IMG/VR virus record: IMGVR_UViG_3300038560_000007
Span: 1 to 64,000 of that record
Reading direction: 5' to 3' (one strand)
DNA: 64,000 nt
From: a virus
Shown: in pieces, positions 36,400-46,576 of the stretch
Position numbering within the stretch: position 1 is the first letter of the stretch
Layout of the letters: every line of letters begins with the position of its first letter
Notes under the pieces: model-generated
What the model saw: only the letters and a program-made list of their open reading frames with translations
What the model was told of the DNA's origin: nothing
The model's database searches: none
Position numbers and translations under genes: made by a program

Positions 36400-39078
36400 T
36401 TGACTACTGAGGCCCTAGAAGTACATCTAGATCCCAAACGCCTCGCTGCTACCGCTCTAGGCGCAAACTGCGCTGGCTGTCCAATGAACGACAACCGAGA
36501 GTACGGCTGCGTTAGCTCAACAGGTCCGCAGAAGGCAGACATTGGCGTCGTAGGGCAGAACCCTGGCCAGCAGGAGATCAGGACTGGCAAGCCTTTCATG
36601 GGACCTTCGGGTCGACTACTCGACCAAGTACTGAAGCACTACAATCTAGATCGTTCAAAGATGTTCATAACGAACGCCTGCCTTTGCGTACATCGGAACG
36701 AGAACATCACACCGCCAGCTGCTGCAGTCGCCGCATGCCGACCTAGACTCATTAACGAATTGCGAGGCCGAGATGTCAAGCAAGTCATCAACCTCGGAAA
36801 GGTCCCAGCTCAAGGACTCTTCGGAGTCAGAGATTCGATCACCTCACTTCGGGTGGGCTCATTCCGAGAGGTGTACGACCTGCCAGGCGTACAAGTCTAT
36901 TCTACGTTCCACCCTGCAGCTTGTCTTCGTAGTTCCGGATTCTTCCCTAGCCTTGTTGCTGATTTTGGTAAGCTTGTCAATCCACCTCCACCTTGGCGGG
37001 AACCTCAGTTCGTGGTATGGGAAGATCCTCATACCGCTATACGAGGCATCCGAGAGATGGAGCGCAGACATATTGATGTCATCACTCTCGACCTCGAGTG
37101 GGCAACACCTTTCGACAAGGACGTCTCTTTCGATCACCCTTACCGATACAAGCTCCTCTGTATCGGCATGGCATACGCAACAGATAAGGCAGTCATCATT
37201 GGCAAGACAGCAAGCCAGTCGATCGCGGTACTAGAGGTACTCCGGCAGTACCTGTCGACCTGCAAAAAGATCGTCTGCCAAAACGGGAAGTCGGACAAGC
37301 AGGGCGCGTACGCCAAGGGCTTCAACTTTGACTTCACCGATGACACCATGCTGTCGAACTACGTTATGGACGAAAGGCCAAGCATCCATGGACTCAAGGT
37401 TCAGCTGGAGGAGAAACTCGGATACCCTCGTTACGGGGATGAGATCAAGCAGTACCTCGGAAAAGGAAAGGCCAGGTCCTTTGCTAACATCCCCCTGGAT
37501 ATCCTGTATCGTTACAACGCGTTCGACACGTGTGGAACTTTCGCTCTCGAGGAGCACAACGGAAAGCTACTGGCTAGCGACGACTGGGCCGAACCGATAC
37601 GGCCTCGAGCTGACGGTGAACGCTGGGGCCTTGTTCGTCTTCACAGCTTCCATGTCGAGACGGCCAACAACCTCGCATACGTTGAGCTCAACGGTTTTCC
37701 CGTTGACCTAGAATGCAACGCCAAGCTGACTGAGAAGTACGACACGATCCTCGCCGGGCTCGAGCAGAACATGTTCGACGCGCTAGCAGGCGTTCGGGAG
37801 GATCCGAAGTTCAATCCTAGATCCCCTCAACAGTTGAAGAAGATCTTTGCCGAGCTAGGTGTTCCGCTCCCTAAGGTTCGTCGACCTAACGGAACGATGT
37901 CGGAGACGACAGACGCAGCGACGCTGAACGACCTGTATGACAAGTACAGATCGATGAAGCAGGTCACACTACAGGCACACATCCTCGACTCGGAAGATAA
38001 CGCTCTCGGTCCCGAGGTGGCTGAAGTCGAAACGCGATCAGTCGAAGTACGATTTCTCGAAGCGCTACTGGCTTATCGCAAGGCGGCTAAGACGAACGGC
38101 ACGTACGTTCGAGGACTGAAAAAGCATGTCTGGAAAGGTCGCGTCTTCCCGACCGTAATGATCCACTCCACCGTCTCTGGGCGTACGAGCCAGAAGAAGC
38201 CATCGCTTCAGGTCATCCCTCACGCCGACGAGATCAAGCGACAGTTCGTCGTGTCCGATTATCACCAGTGGAAGTATGGCTGGAAGCCTCATGAGGACTA
38301 TCACCTGCTAGCCGAGTTCGACTTCAAGCAGATCGAACTGCGAGTCCTCACGTGGCTCGCGGAAGAGGATTACTTCCGAGACATCTTCGAAGATCCTAGT
38401 CGGGACTTGTTTACGGAGCTAGCGGACGTCGTCCACCCTGAGCGTTCATCTAGGACGACAATGCATAAGAAGGACAGGCGTAACATCGTGAAGGCGTTTG
38501 TCTACGGACTCGCTTACGGTCGCGAGGCTGGATCGATCGCCGACGAGTTCAATATTCCTCTCCGGGAAGCCCAACGCATGCAGCGAGAGTTCTTCCAGGT
38601 CATTCCGAAGGTTGCAGCCTTCCGAGAGCAGGTCAAGTGGGCAGCTACGTCTCAGGACGACTTGGTAACTCCGTTCGGCAGGCGCAGACGATTCATGCTT
38701 GTTACCAGTGAGAACAAGAAGGACATTCAGAATGAAGCACTGTCATTCTATCCGCAGTCGATCGCGAGTGACATTTGCATCCAGGCCTTTGATTGGTTGC
38801 GGCCTAAGCTCAAAGGCGTTGCGTGGTGTCGCAATCTTGTTCACGACGCCTTGTTCTGGGAATTTCGCGAAGCCGATCTCGAGTACGTTGCCAACACAGT
38901 CATCACCACTATGCGTGAATCAGCCCGACGGGTCATGGGAGACTACGTACGAATCGATGTAGATGCCGAAGTGGGGCGAACCTGGGGAGACCTAATTAGC
39001 CTGGAGGAGTGGAGAGAAGGAAAGCGACCTTACCCGACATCGATAGTAAAGTGGGAACCAAGTGAACGAGCCAGCTAG
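36400..39078 (+). CDS. polA: Family A DNA polymerase with N-terminal family-4-like uracil-DNA glycosylase domain and 3'-5' exonuclease
   Basis: UDG: CAGCP, GQNPG..E..GKPFMGPSG, TNACLC, FHPA; exo DLE, QNGKSD, YNAFD; pol DFKQIELR, KAFVYGLAYG, VHD. Confidence 0.93.
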   Translation: MTTEALEVHLDPKRLAATALGANCAGCPMNDNREYGCVSSTGPQKADIGVVGQNPGQQEIRTGKPFMGPSGRLLDQVLKHYNLDRSKMFITNACLCVHRNENITPPAAAVAACRPRLINELRGRDVKQVINLGKVPAQGLFGVRDSITSLRVGSFREVYDLPGVQVYSTFHPAACLRSSGFFPSLVADFGKLVNPPPPWREPQFVVWEDPHTAIRGIREMERRHIDVITLDLEWATPFDKDVSFDHPYRYKLLCIGMAYATDKAVIIGKTASQSIAVLEVLRQYLSTCKKIVCQNGKSDKQGAYAKGFNFDFTDDTMLSNYVMDERPSIHGLKVQLEEKLGYPRYGDEIKQYLGKGKARSFANIPLDILYRYNAFDTCGTFALEEHNGKLLASDDWAEPIRPRADGERWGLVRLHSFHVETANNLAYVELNGFPVDLECNAKLTEKYDTILAGLEQNMFDALAGVREDPKFNPRSPQQLKKIFAELGVPLPKVRRPNGTMSETTDAATLNDLYDKYRSMKQVTLQAHILDSEDNALGPEVAEVETRSVEVRFLEALLAYRKAAKTNGTYVRGLKKHVWKGRVFPTVMIHSTVSGRTSQKKPSLQVIPHADEIKRQFVVSDYHQWKYGWKPHEDYHLLAEFDFKQIELRVLTWLAEEDYFRDIFEDPSRDLFTELADVVHPERSSRTTMHKKDRRNIVKAFVYGLAYGREAGSIADEFNIPLREAQRMQREFFQVIPKVAAFREQVKWAATSQDDLVTPFGRRRRFMLVTSENKKDIQNEALSFYPQSIASDICIQAFDWLRPKLKGVAWCRNLVHDALFWEFREADLEYVANTVITTMRESARRVMGDYVRIDVDAEVGRTWGDLISLEEWREGKRPYPTSIVKWEPSERAS

Positions 39079-39817
39079 GCGTACGGATCTTGCCCAAGGC
39101 TTCCTCGGCTCTGGCGAGGGAGGCTTCATGCGACCCGACTGGGTCATGTGCGGTGCTCCTCAGCCAGGAGGCGTAGGGGTCCGCCTCATAGCCAGCAAGA
39201 GCCTGTCCTTCGCCGAGCTTCGATACGAAGCGAGGTATCAAGACATCATTCTTGAGGACCCTCTTCCACATGATATAGGTCGTCGAATACTTACTTGGCA
39301 AGATCTCTCGCTAACCGTTCACATGATGCCGATGAGAAACGGAGACGTCATCATCCTTGATGGACCTGACTATCCGACGGTAATAGAGGCACTGTTCAAG
39401 GAGTGGTCGCCCACGCCGTCGAAGGCTATTGAAGGATCTTGAAACTCTAGCTCTAGCTGAGCATTGGAATTTGCTATGAAGATAGCGCTCAGCAGCGCTC
39501 TAACAAGGGAAAACCATAGCTCGCGCGTGGATATGTAGAGCAAGATCCTTCCTTGTTTAAACTCAAGATCCTTAGACATAATGCCGAGCAGAAAGAAAGA
39601 AAGAAATGCCAATAGATCCAAAGGACGTCGACCTTCTTCCGTTTATTGAAAACCTTGAACCTAGTCAGTTCCCGAACAAGCTACAGGGCTGGCTGGAGGA
39701 GAACTATCCAGACATCCAGGTCCTGCGTGTGATCGTCGATCCTGCCACGATGGGCAAAACGTATATCCACATCGAGGTCGGAGTGTGCCCTGAAGCCATA
39801 GAGAGGGCGATGCAAGA

Positions 39818-40261
39818 GTGAAGCTACTGGCTATCGTTCCAGGGCCTGTTACAGGCTGGGCCACCTTCAACGACGATCACTTCGGAGCTTCAGGAGAGTA
39901 CGGACCGAGAGAGCACCACGGCGACACCTTCACGGCGATCACTATCTACGACCCTGATGTCGTCATATGTGAAAGCTATGGAGTCGAGAACTCCTGGGTC
40001 AAGCTCGAGTACATCGGAGTAGTCAAGGCGGCAGCGATGCTGGCTGCCAAGAGACTTGTCCTTCAAGGGCTCGTAACCCAAGAGTGGGCTACCGACATCA
40101 AGCTGAAGCGTACAGGAGTGACGCACACCAACTGGTATCTAGTTCGCCAACAGGTCGCCGCCCAACGCCACATCCTGTACTACCTTGCGCACAATACATT
40201 CGTAGAAGATTCAATCCGTCGAGCTGTCCTACGAAGCATTAAGCCGAAGCCCGGCTCGTAA
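39818..40261 (+). CDS. RuvC-like resolvase fold, first catalytic Asp replaced by Val
   Basis: LLAIVPGPVTGWA (usually AIDPG..TG); PDVVICES. Confidence 0.55.
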   Translation: MKLLAIVPGPVTGWATFNDDHFGASGEYGPREHHGDTFTAITIYDPDVVICESYGVENSWVKLEYIGVVKAAAMLAAKRLVLQGLVTQEWATDIKLKRTGVTHTNWYLVRQQVAAQRHILYYLAHNTFVEDSIRRAVLRSIKPKPGS

Positions 40262-40321
40262 CGGACCCTCAAACAATTCGCTACGATGCAGCGGGCGGAC
40301 GTCGCTTTACCGGGCTTCGGC
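40243..40321. terminator. 12-bp inverted repeat at the convergence of the two genome arms
   Basis: GCCGAAGCCCGG / CCGGGCTTCGGC. Confidence 0.5.
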
Positions 40322-40324
40322 GCC

Positions 40325-40984
40325 CTACTGGTGGGCTTTGAGCAGCGCCACCAAATCCGTGAAGTCCGAATTGATCTGGTTGGCCTTCGCCAACGCCCGA
40401 GCCTGCCATGAAGCAGCAGGCGCGGCCGGAGGATACCAGCCAGGAAGGGTTACGCTGAGATCTACGTTCGCCTGCGCAAGAGTCAGGCTAGTTCCAGGCA
40501 CGAGGGTAGTCGGATTCTCAGTAGGACTTGCCCACTGAACCGCGACGACTTCGTTCCCGAGAGTGGCAACGGCCTGACTCTGATCCAGATCCCAGTTGGC
40601 AACCCAATAGCCAACCTTGTGCATCTTGACGCCGGCGTCCTTGAGCTTCGCCTGGAGCGCAGCCAGGTTGCCCGCGGCGACGTAGATCGTTGAGTACTCA
40701 CCACGCTTCTGCCTCTCGGGCACGCTCGTGACTGCGTCGGCATCAGTAGCCGCTCCAGTCTCGATGTCGAGTACCTGAGCTGTGCCAGCTGCGAAGGCGG
40801 CACCTCCTGCCGACTGGTCGATCCTAATCCGCACCTTGTCTGGATACTTGTCGAAGTCGGTAGCTGTCCACGGAACGATTCCGCTACCGGTGACGTAGCC
40901 TGCGACCTTACCTACTGTAAGGCTGGCTGGGACGCTAGCTACCGCTGCGCCTGTGAAGTCAGCCATCGTGTCGAATGACGCCAT
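40325..40984 (-). CDS. Endolysin, GH25-like muramidase fold
   Basis: AGYVTG, LDIETG, TIY, YWVANW, AVQW, VDLS pattern; last gene of late operon. Confidence 0.65.
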   Translation of the reverse strand: MASFDTMADFTGAAVASVPASLTVGKVAGYVTGSGIVPWTATDFDKYPDKVRIRIDQSAGGAAFAAGTAQVLDIETGAATDADAVTSVPERQKRGEYSTIYVAAGNLAALQAKLKDAGVKMHKVGYWVANWDLDQSQAVATLGNEVVAVQWASPTENPTTLVPGTSLTLAQANVDLSVTLPGWYPPAAPAASWQARALAKANQINSDFTDLVALLKAHQ

Positions 40985-41096
40985 GTAGTCCGCCTTCTTC
41001 CTGAGACGCTCTAGCCACGCCTCGTCGCTCTCTTTCACTCGGTAACGTGAATCACCGAACGTTTCCACGAACTGGTGCCAGAGCCATCGGACGACC

Positions 41097-41624
41097 TTAC
41101 TTGATCTTCGCATCGATGGCGTTCAGCTTCTCGATGATGGTCTTGATACCTCCATCGGTGTTCTCATCTAGCCAGTCCTTGACTTGTTCAAGATCCTGGA
41201 ACTGCTTAGCCTGACGTGCATCAGCGGCCACTGCAGCGATGTTGCCCTGCACCATGATCGCAGGCATCAGCACCAGCTCCAGCCAGGTCGACAAGACCAG
41301 CGTAGCGAGCAGCTCGAAGCCGAACGTGGTGATGAAGCCAAACTTGCCGATATAGCCACCTGCGTACAGACAGGACGGGGCTACGAGAGCCGCTAGCAAG
41401 GTGAACAGCCAGAAGGCATTCATCGAGCCAACTCGCTTGGTAATCCAGATCGCGCAGCGCTTGTTGAAGCTCGTCCACCAGCCGTCTTCCGGGAGTGGCT
41501 TCAGATGATCGATCGTACGCGCGTGGACTGCAAACGTGTGACCACCCACATGAGCATAACCAAAGTGCGGTCGATGTGGATGCCCTTTGGGAAGCTCCGG
41601 GACTACTGAGTCCTGTGCAGTCAT
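41097..41624 (-). CDS. DUF1003-like membrane protein (lysis cassette)
   Basis: AIWITKRVGSM..TM..LELVLMPAIMVQGN. Confidence 0.65.
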   Translation of the reverse strand: MTAQDSVVPELPKGHPHRPHFGYAHVGGHTFAVHARTIDHLKPLPEDGWWTSFNKRCAIWITKRVGSMNAFWLFTLLAALVAPSCLYAGGYIGKFGFITTFGFELLATLVLSTWLELVLMPAIMVQGNIAAVAADARQAKQFQDLEQVKDWLDENTDGGIKTIIEKLNAIDAKIK

Positions 41625-41838
41625 ACTGTCCGCCTTTCGTATTTTCTAACTTATGGAACCTCGCGAACGGATATCAACGCTACTGGCCCATGACCATTAG
41701 ACGCCTCCATCCACAGCACGTTCTCTACCGAGAGCGCCTTGTTGGCCCCTTCGAGGAGAACCTGCTCACCCTTTCGTGGTGTCGCCGAGAGAATCACCTC
41801 TTTGCGCTGACCATTCGGGAACAGGAGAATCACAAGCG

Positions 41839-42459
41839 TCACCCGTCCTCCCTCGCGCTGAGGCGGTCATATACGTCCTTGGCAGCTAGAGAACTACCGC
41901 CAGCGCCGGCATCGCTGACAACCCGCTGAGCCGCCTCTGCACGGTCAGCGAGAGCCGCCTTCAGTTCATTAATCTTAGTCTGCGTGGCATCAATAGCGCC
42001 TAGCGACTCTTCGGATGGAGGCCGACCAGCGGCCCCGTTGAGCGCCACTACCTCTCGCATCATGGCTAGTTCACGAACAGTGGCATCCAGCTCAGACTGC
42101 ATCGCCGTAGTCATATTCGAGTTTACCAGTGCATGAATAACGTCAAGCTTACTGTTAGTCTTAGCATTAGCCACCACTAGCGTGTCGGCAACTACCTTCT
42201 GCGACGCTATCAGGTCAACAGCAGCTTCTGCAGCCTTAGAGGCCACCTGTGTCTGTGACGCAGTCAAGGACACGGCGGCTTCTGCGGCCTTATGAGCAAC
42301 TTCCTTCGCCGCAGCTACTGCAATCTTATTGTCACTCCTGATCTTGCGAATCTGGAACGTCCCAGCTATGACGCCGAACGCGACCCCGAACACCGTAGCT
42401 ACGCTAGCGATAGAAGTAATGATACTGGGGATGGATGCCGGTGCTGCCGCAATGAACAT
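41839..42459 (-). CDS. Membrane-anchored coiled-coil protein (lysis cassette)
   Basis: N-terminal TM; KLDVIHALVNSNMT. Confidence 0.6.
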   Translation of the reverse strand: MFIAAAPASIPSIITSIASVATVFGVAFGVIAGTFQIRKIRSDNKIAVAAAKEVAHKAAEAAVSLTASQTQVASKAAEAAVDLIASQKVVADTLVVANAKTNSKLDVIHALVNSNMTTAMQSELDATVRELAMMREVVALNGAAGRPPSEESLGAIDATQTKINELKAALADRAEAAQRVVSDAGAGGSSLAAKDVYDRLSAREDG

Positions 42460-42524
42460 ATAGTTACCTCCCTTCCCTCCTTAGTACAAGTCGCGCTATC
42501 AATGATCAAGTTCGCCTCCTAGCA

Positions 42525-45281
42525 CTAAGTTGCCACGACCGGGAACAACATCATCATCGCTCCCGCTTCAATAGAATAGTTATCCGCAGAAGCTGACGTA
42601 TTAGCCTGAAGAGACAAAGTCCCTGAGGCTGTAAAGATCGCCCTTAGCCATATGTCTAGTACCTGATAGTGACTACCCATCACCGGACCAGCTATGGGGC
42701 CCAGAGCATTGATCTGATAACCTCCCCAGCTAGATGAACTACTGTTCACTGACCAGCTTGCGTCCAGGTCGGCCTGACTAAAGGTAGGGCCAATGAACTG
42801 GAATCTAGGAGTACCTGCTGTTGCTTCAGCATAGACTAGGCGAGCATGACAGATATAGGAACCTATGCCTACAGGCAAAGACAGACTAGGTCCCGAGCCC
42901 GGGCTTATGGTCTGATAAGAAGTGTTAACAACCGTAATGCCTACGCCGGTAGTCGTGAATACGGATAGGTGCCCTGTATCATAGGTGTTACCGTCCGCAC
43001 CCGAAACATAGTTGAGAATACCCTCGTTGGCGAACAGTGCAGCCCAGTCCGCCAAAGACTCAGGAGCCGTTGAGTTAGCTAGCCCAAAGCCCGGACCAGG
43101 AAAAGCCTGGCCCGTAGCAGGGTCCGTGCCGGCGTAAGCCGACAGGCTAGCCAGCAGGTTCGTACTGGCTGTAGTCACATACGTAATCTTAATCTGTCCA
43201 GTAGCTCCGACCTGAGTATTACCTCCCCCAGTTGCAGACCCTCCAGCGCCGCCCCCCGGGCCCATGGAAGGACTCTTACCTTGTTCGCTGGAGCTATAGT
43301 TACCTCCATGACCTCCCGGACCGCCTCCGTAGACCGCCGGACCTCCAGCACCGCCAGCGTTACCGGTAACGCTAATACCGCCATTACCTCCTGATAGAGG
43401 CCCGCCGGAGCTTCCGCCTCCGCCGCCGCCATTGCCAGTAGCTGTACCGCCTCCAGCTCCCGGGTTGGCGATCGTATTGGTACTACCGCTACCCCCGTTG
43501 CCTGGTGGAGCTGTACCCAACCCTCCATGCGCAGTAACCGTAACAGACGTGCCTACGAACGTCGTGGTGTTACCATTAGTAGCATCAGCGCCACCAGAAC
43601 CAACAACGTAAGCACAAGTCCCACTAGGAGTAACTGCTAGGTTGGGCTCGCAGGCGTACTCGCCCCCGCCGCCTCCGCCTGAGCCAGACGGCGCGTGCCC
43701 ACCCGAGCCGCCGCCCCAGCACTCAGATTGGACGGCATTAGCAACACCCGTAGGCGAAGTCACAGAGGCTGGAACTGCCCAGTTACCCGAGCCGCTCGAG
43801 ATCACCTGCTGCACCGTCGTAGTATCCCCATAGAGCAAGAACGGTCCAGGATCAAGAGTCAGGGTGTTCCCATTGAATGCAGACCCGTAGATAGCTCCGA
43901 CGTTCACGTACAAGCCTTGAGGGTACGAATTGCTATAGGAGTCAGAGCCACTCGCACCCGATATGGCACAGATCAAGTTACCGGTAGTGGGTATACCGTT
44001 GTAGATAAGGATCTCGCCGTTAGTACCATAAGCGAGAAACTGTGCGCCCTCAATCAGAGTACCGTTAACGATGCCTGCGACAATGATGCCTGCTGCGATC
44101 TGGATCGCAGTAATAGTACCTGCCTGAATGAGCTGACCCGGGACTTGAGGCAGAACTAGAATTGCCTCACCATAGATAGTATCACCTATGGTTCCTGGAG
44201 CCATCACTGCACAAGCCTGCGTTGCAGTCGTCGCCGGAGAAGCCTGAACGGTAGTAACCTGTGTCCACGTATTAGGAGTCACGGTAAATGACTGTGTGCT
44301 ATTGGACACTACCCCGCCTGAGGCATTGAGCCAGGAGAAACCCAGGACAGCTGTTGCGTCCGTAGAATACACCCATGCAGTAACAAGGTATTGCGTACTA
44401 GCCGTAATAGGGAATGGCTGAACGCTTTCCTCCATGTAGCCACCGGAGCCTGTTAGAGAAAAAGCCCCGGCGTAGCCATAGGGAGATCCTGCAGGAGGAG
44501 TTGCCGTAACTACAAAGTTCCCGTTAGTTCCAGTCCAACCTACGCCGCTGCCTCCTGCGAAATACGGATTGGAGTTAAGAACGCCAATGTTCCCAATCAA
44601 AGAGGCTGCAAGAGCACCAGTCAATAGTTCCGTAGGAACAGAGCCAGACCCGTTGTTATTAAGTGTCCAACCCAAGCCTATGTTACCTGGAGCATTAACT
44701 TGGACGTTATCAACGTAGAGCGCATACCCTGCCGGCGTAGTCTCATTATCATTAACCGAGACGATACAGTAGGACGTGTTATTAGGCACAGCCAGCGCAT
44801 TGAGCTGGAGTGTAGTCTCACCCTGCGCAGCCATAGCTAGACCCGTAGTGGGATAGCTATCCAACAGGACGCTACTAGAGTTATAGAACGCAATAGTAAG
44901 TGTAACTTGACCTAGAACCTGAGGCGCGTAAACGTCCGCCTGAACATTTATCTGTGTAACACTGCTAACAGGAACCGTAAGCTCAGGAGAACTAGCCCCC
45001 ATATTTGAGCCACCAGTACTGATTATCTCCAGAGAGTAACTACCTTCGGTAGCCCAAGCAACCGAAGAAGATAGAGTCGCTACGGATCCTACCCAACTAT
45101 CCGTTGAGTTCTCAAACGACCAGTTAATAAGCGAAGGCAGACTACTAAGGCTAGCTCGGTTTAGAACGCCCCCTATTTCAGTCGGGTTGTTAACTATATT
45201 CTCAATCCGCTTGAGGCGCTTGTTCAGACTATTGATAGTCGCAACGAGACGATCTTGAGCCCGTACTGGATGCCCGGTCAT
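42525..45281 (-). CDS. Minor tail protein / receptor-binding protein with CBM-like and Gly-rich domains
   Basis: Two CBM4/9-like modules (NWSFE..W; NPYF..GW..TPNTWTQV); WGGGSGG..GGGGGEY Gly-rich domain. Confidence 0.8.
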   Translation of the reverse strand: MTGHPVRAQDRLVATINSLNKRLKRIENIVNNPTEIGGVLNRASLSSLPSLINWSFENSTDSWVGSVATLSSSVAWATEGSYSLEIISTGGSNMGASSPELTVPVSSVTQINVQADVYAPQVLGQVTLTIAFYNSSSVLLDSYPTTGLAMAAQGETTLQLNALAVPNNTSYCIVSVNDNETTPAGYALYVDNVQVNAPGNIGLGWTLNNNGSGSVPTELLTGALAASLIGNIGVLNSNPYFAGGSGVGWTGTNGNFVVTATPPAGSPYGYAGAFSLTGSGGYMEESVQPFPITASTQYLVTAWVYSTDATAVLGFSWLNASGGVVSNSTQSFTVTPNTWTQVTTVQASPATTATQACAVMAPGTIGDTIYGEAILVLPQVPGQLIQAGTITAIQIAAGIIVAGIVNGTLIEGAQFLAYGTNGEILIYNGIPTTGNLICAISGASGSDSYSNSYPQGLYVNVGAIYGSAFNGNTLTLDPGPFLLYGDTTTVQQVISSGSGNWAVPASVTSPTGVANAVQSECWGGGSGGHAPSGSGGGGGGEYACEPNLAVTPSGTCAYVVGSGGADATNGNTTTFVGTSVTVTAHGGLGTAPPGNGGSGSTNTIANPGAGGGTATGNGGGGGGSSGGPLSGGNGGISVTGNAGGAGGPAVYGGGPGGHGGNYSSSEQGKSPSMGPGGGAGGSATGGGNTQVGATGQIKITYVTTASTNLLASLSAYAGTDPATGQAFPGPGFGLANSTAPESLADWAALFANEGILNYVSGADGNTYDTGHLSVFTTTGVGITVVNTSYQTISPGSGPSLSLPVGIGSYICHARLVYAEATAGTPRFQFIGPTFSQADLDASWSVNSSSSSWGGYQINALGPIAGPVMGSHYQVLDIWLRAIFTASGTLSLQANTSASADNYSIEAGAMMMLFPVVAT

Positions 45282-46576
45282 GGTGTAGGCCCAATCTGCA
45301 GACCGCCTAGAGTAAACTGAGTCTGCTCAGCTTGTTCCCCCGTAGGAAACGTTAGTGTCCAAGAGGTAATACGAAGCAACTCAGCTATTCCTGGTACGCC
45401 ATTAGCTCCAGCAGGATGAAGCGGTGAGGTCGCTATACAGTATACCTCATCGCCCAGCTGAGTGTCCTTAATCTGCACGGGGGCTTGAGGCCCCAACGTA
45501 AAGATAGGTTGCAATGACTTATTCACCGCTGTTGTATACAAAAGCTCTTTAGCATAGCCGTTAATCTGAGTCTGAGAAGTAACAGTGCCATAGAACGAAG
45601 ATGTAGCCTCCAACAAGGGCCAACCGGCGCTCAACTCACTACTGGCCAGAGCTACAGCGACATACGTCTTGGGATTAGTTCCTCCACCCTGACCCGTTAC
45701 AGTCATACTATTAGCTGGACTCGTAGGAATCCACTGCCAGGCGTAGTCCACCATTCCCTGGCCGGGGAAGACAAATTGAAGACCCGTATTCTGATACAAC
45801 CTACCCATCTGAGGTAGACCGAGCTGCACCTGGGTATACAAAGACCCAGCAGGCGTAATAGCCGGTGTGAGAGCGAACTCAAGGCCGTACGCGTTAACAA
45901 GATCATTCCAGTTGTCATAGATCGACTGATAACCCGCTTCCTCCGTAATGGAGGCAATGACGCCGGAGTACTCAACAGTATCCACGATACCTGAAGTGTT
46001 AGCATACTGCCCTGACCCTGCGATCTGGCCATTCGGGCTCTTGCTCAAGGCGTACTGAAGTTCATCCCGGAAGATCTCGAATACGTCCAGGTTAGTATAT
46101 GTCAACACCTTAGACGTTACACGACACTGGAACATCTGCTCCATAGAGGCAGCCTGAATAGGAAGTTGGCCGTCCATGATCGAGTCAGGAGACCAAGCAG
46201 TAATCGGGCCGTTAAAGATCGGCTGGCCATTCTGCAAGATCCAGAGTACAGACTTCCAAGGAATGCAAGCGTTGACCCAAGTCTGCACAATGCTGGAACT
46301 AGTAACGGGATCTATCCCAACCTCTAGCATCTGCGCATCCGCAGTTTTCAAAGCCAAATACCCTTGGAACTGTCCAACGTTATTAATCTGCCTAGTTGCA
46401 GTCTGTCCAATCATAGGGAGATTATCCGCGAGGACTGCACCGGTCAGGATATTCGTCGTAATGAACTGATACTCGTTAGCCTCCGGAGCGCCTGCAGCCG
46501 GAGATACCAGGGCATGCGCCATCTGCAAGGAATACGCAGCCAGCGCACCGCCCACAGGCTCCATGGACATCGTCAT
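45278..46576 (-). CDS. Minor tail (hub/Tal-like) protein
   Basis: Position after Dit; FNGPI, LGDEV..RITSWT pattern. Confidence 0.75.
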   Translation of the reverse strand: MTMSMEPVGGALAAYSLQMAHALVSPAAGAPEANEYQFITTNILTGAVLADNLPMIGQTATRQINNVGQFQGYLALKTADAQMLEVGIDPVTSSSIVQTWVNACIPWKSVLWILQNGQPIFNGPITAWSPDSIMDGQLPIQAASMEQMFQCRVTSKVLTYTNLDVFEIFRDELQYALSKSPNGQIAGSGQYANTSGIVDTVEYSGVIASITEEAGYQSIYDNWNDLVNAYGLEFALTPAITPAGSLYTQVQLGLPQMGRLYQNTGLQFVFPGQGMVDYAWQWIPTSPANSMTVTGQGGGTNPKTYVAVALASSELSAGWPLLEATSSFYGTVTSQTQINGYAKELLYTTAVNKSLQPIFTLGPQAPVQIKDTQLGDEVYCIATSPLHPAGANGVPGIAELLRITSWTLTFPTGEQAEQTQFTLGGLQIGPTP

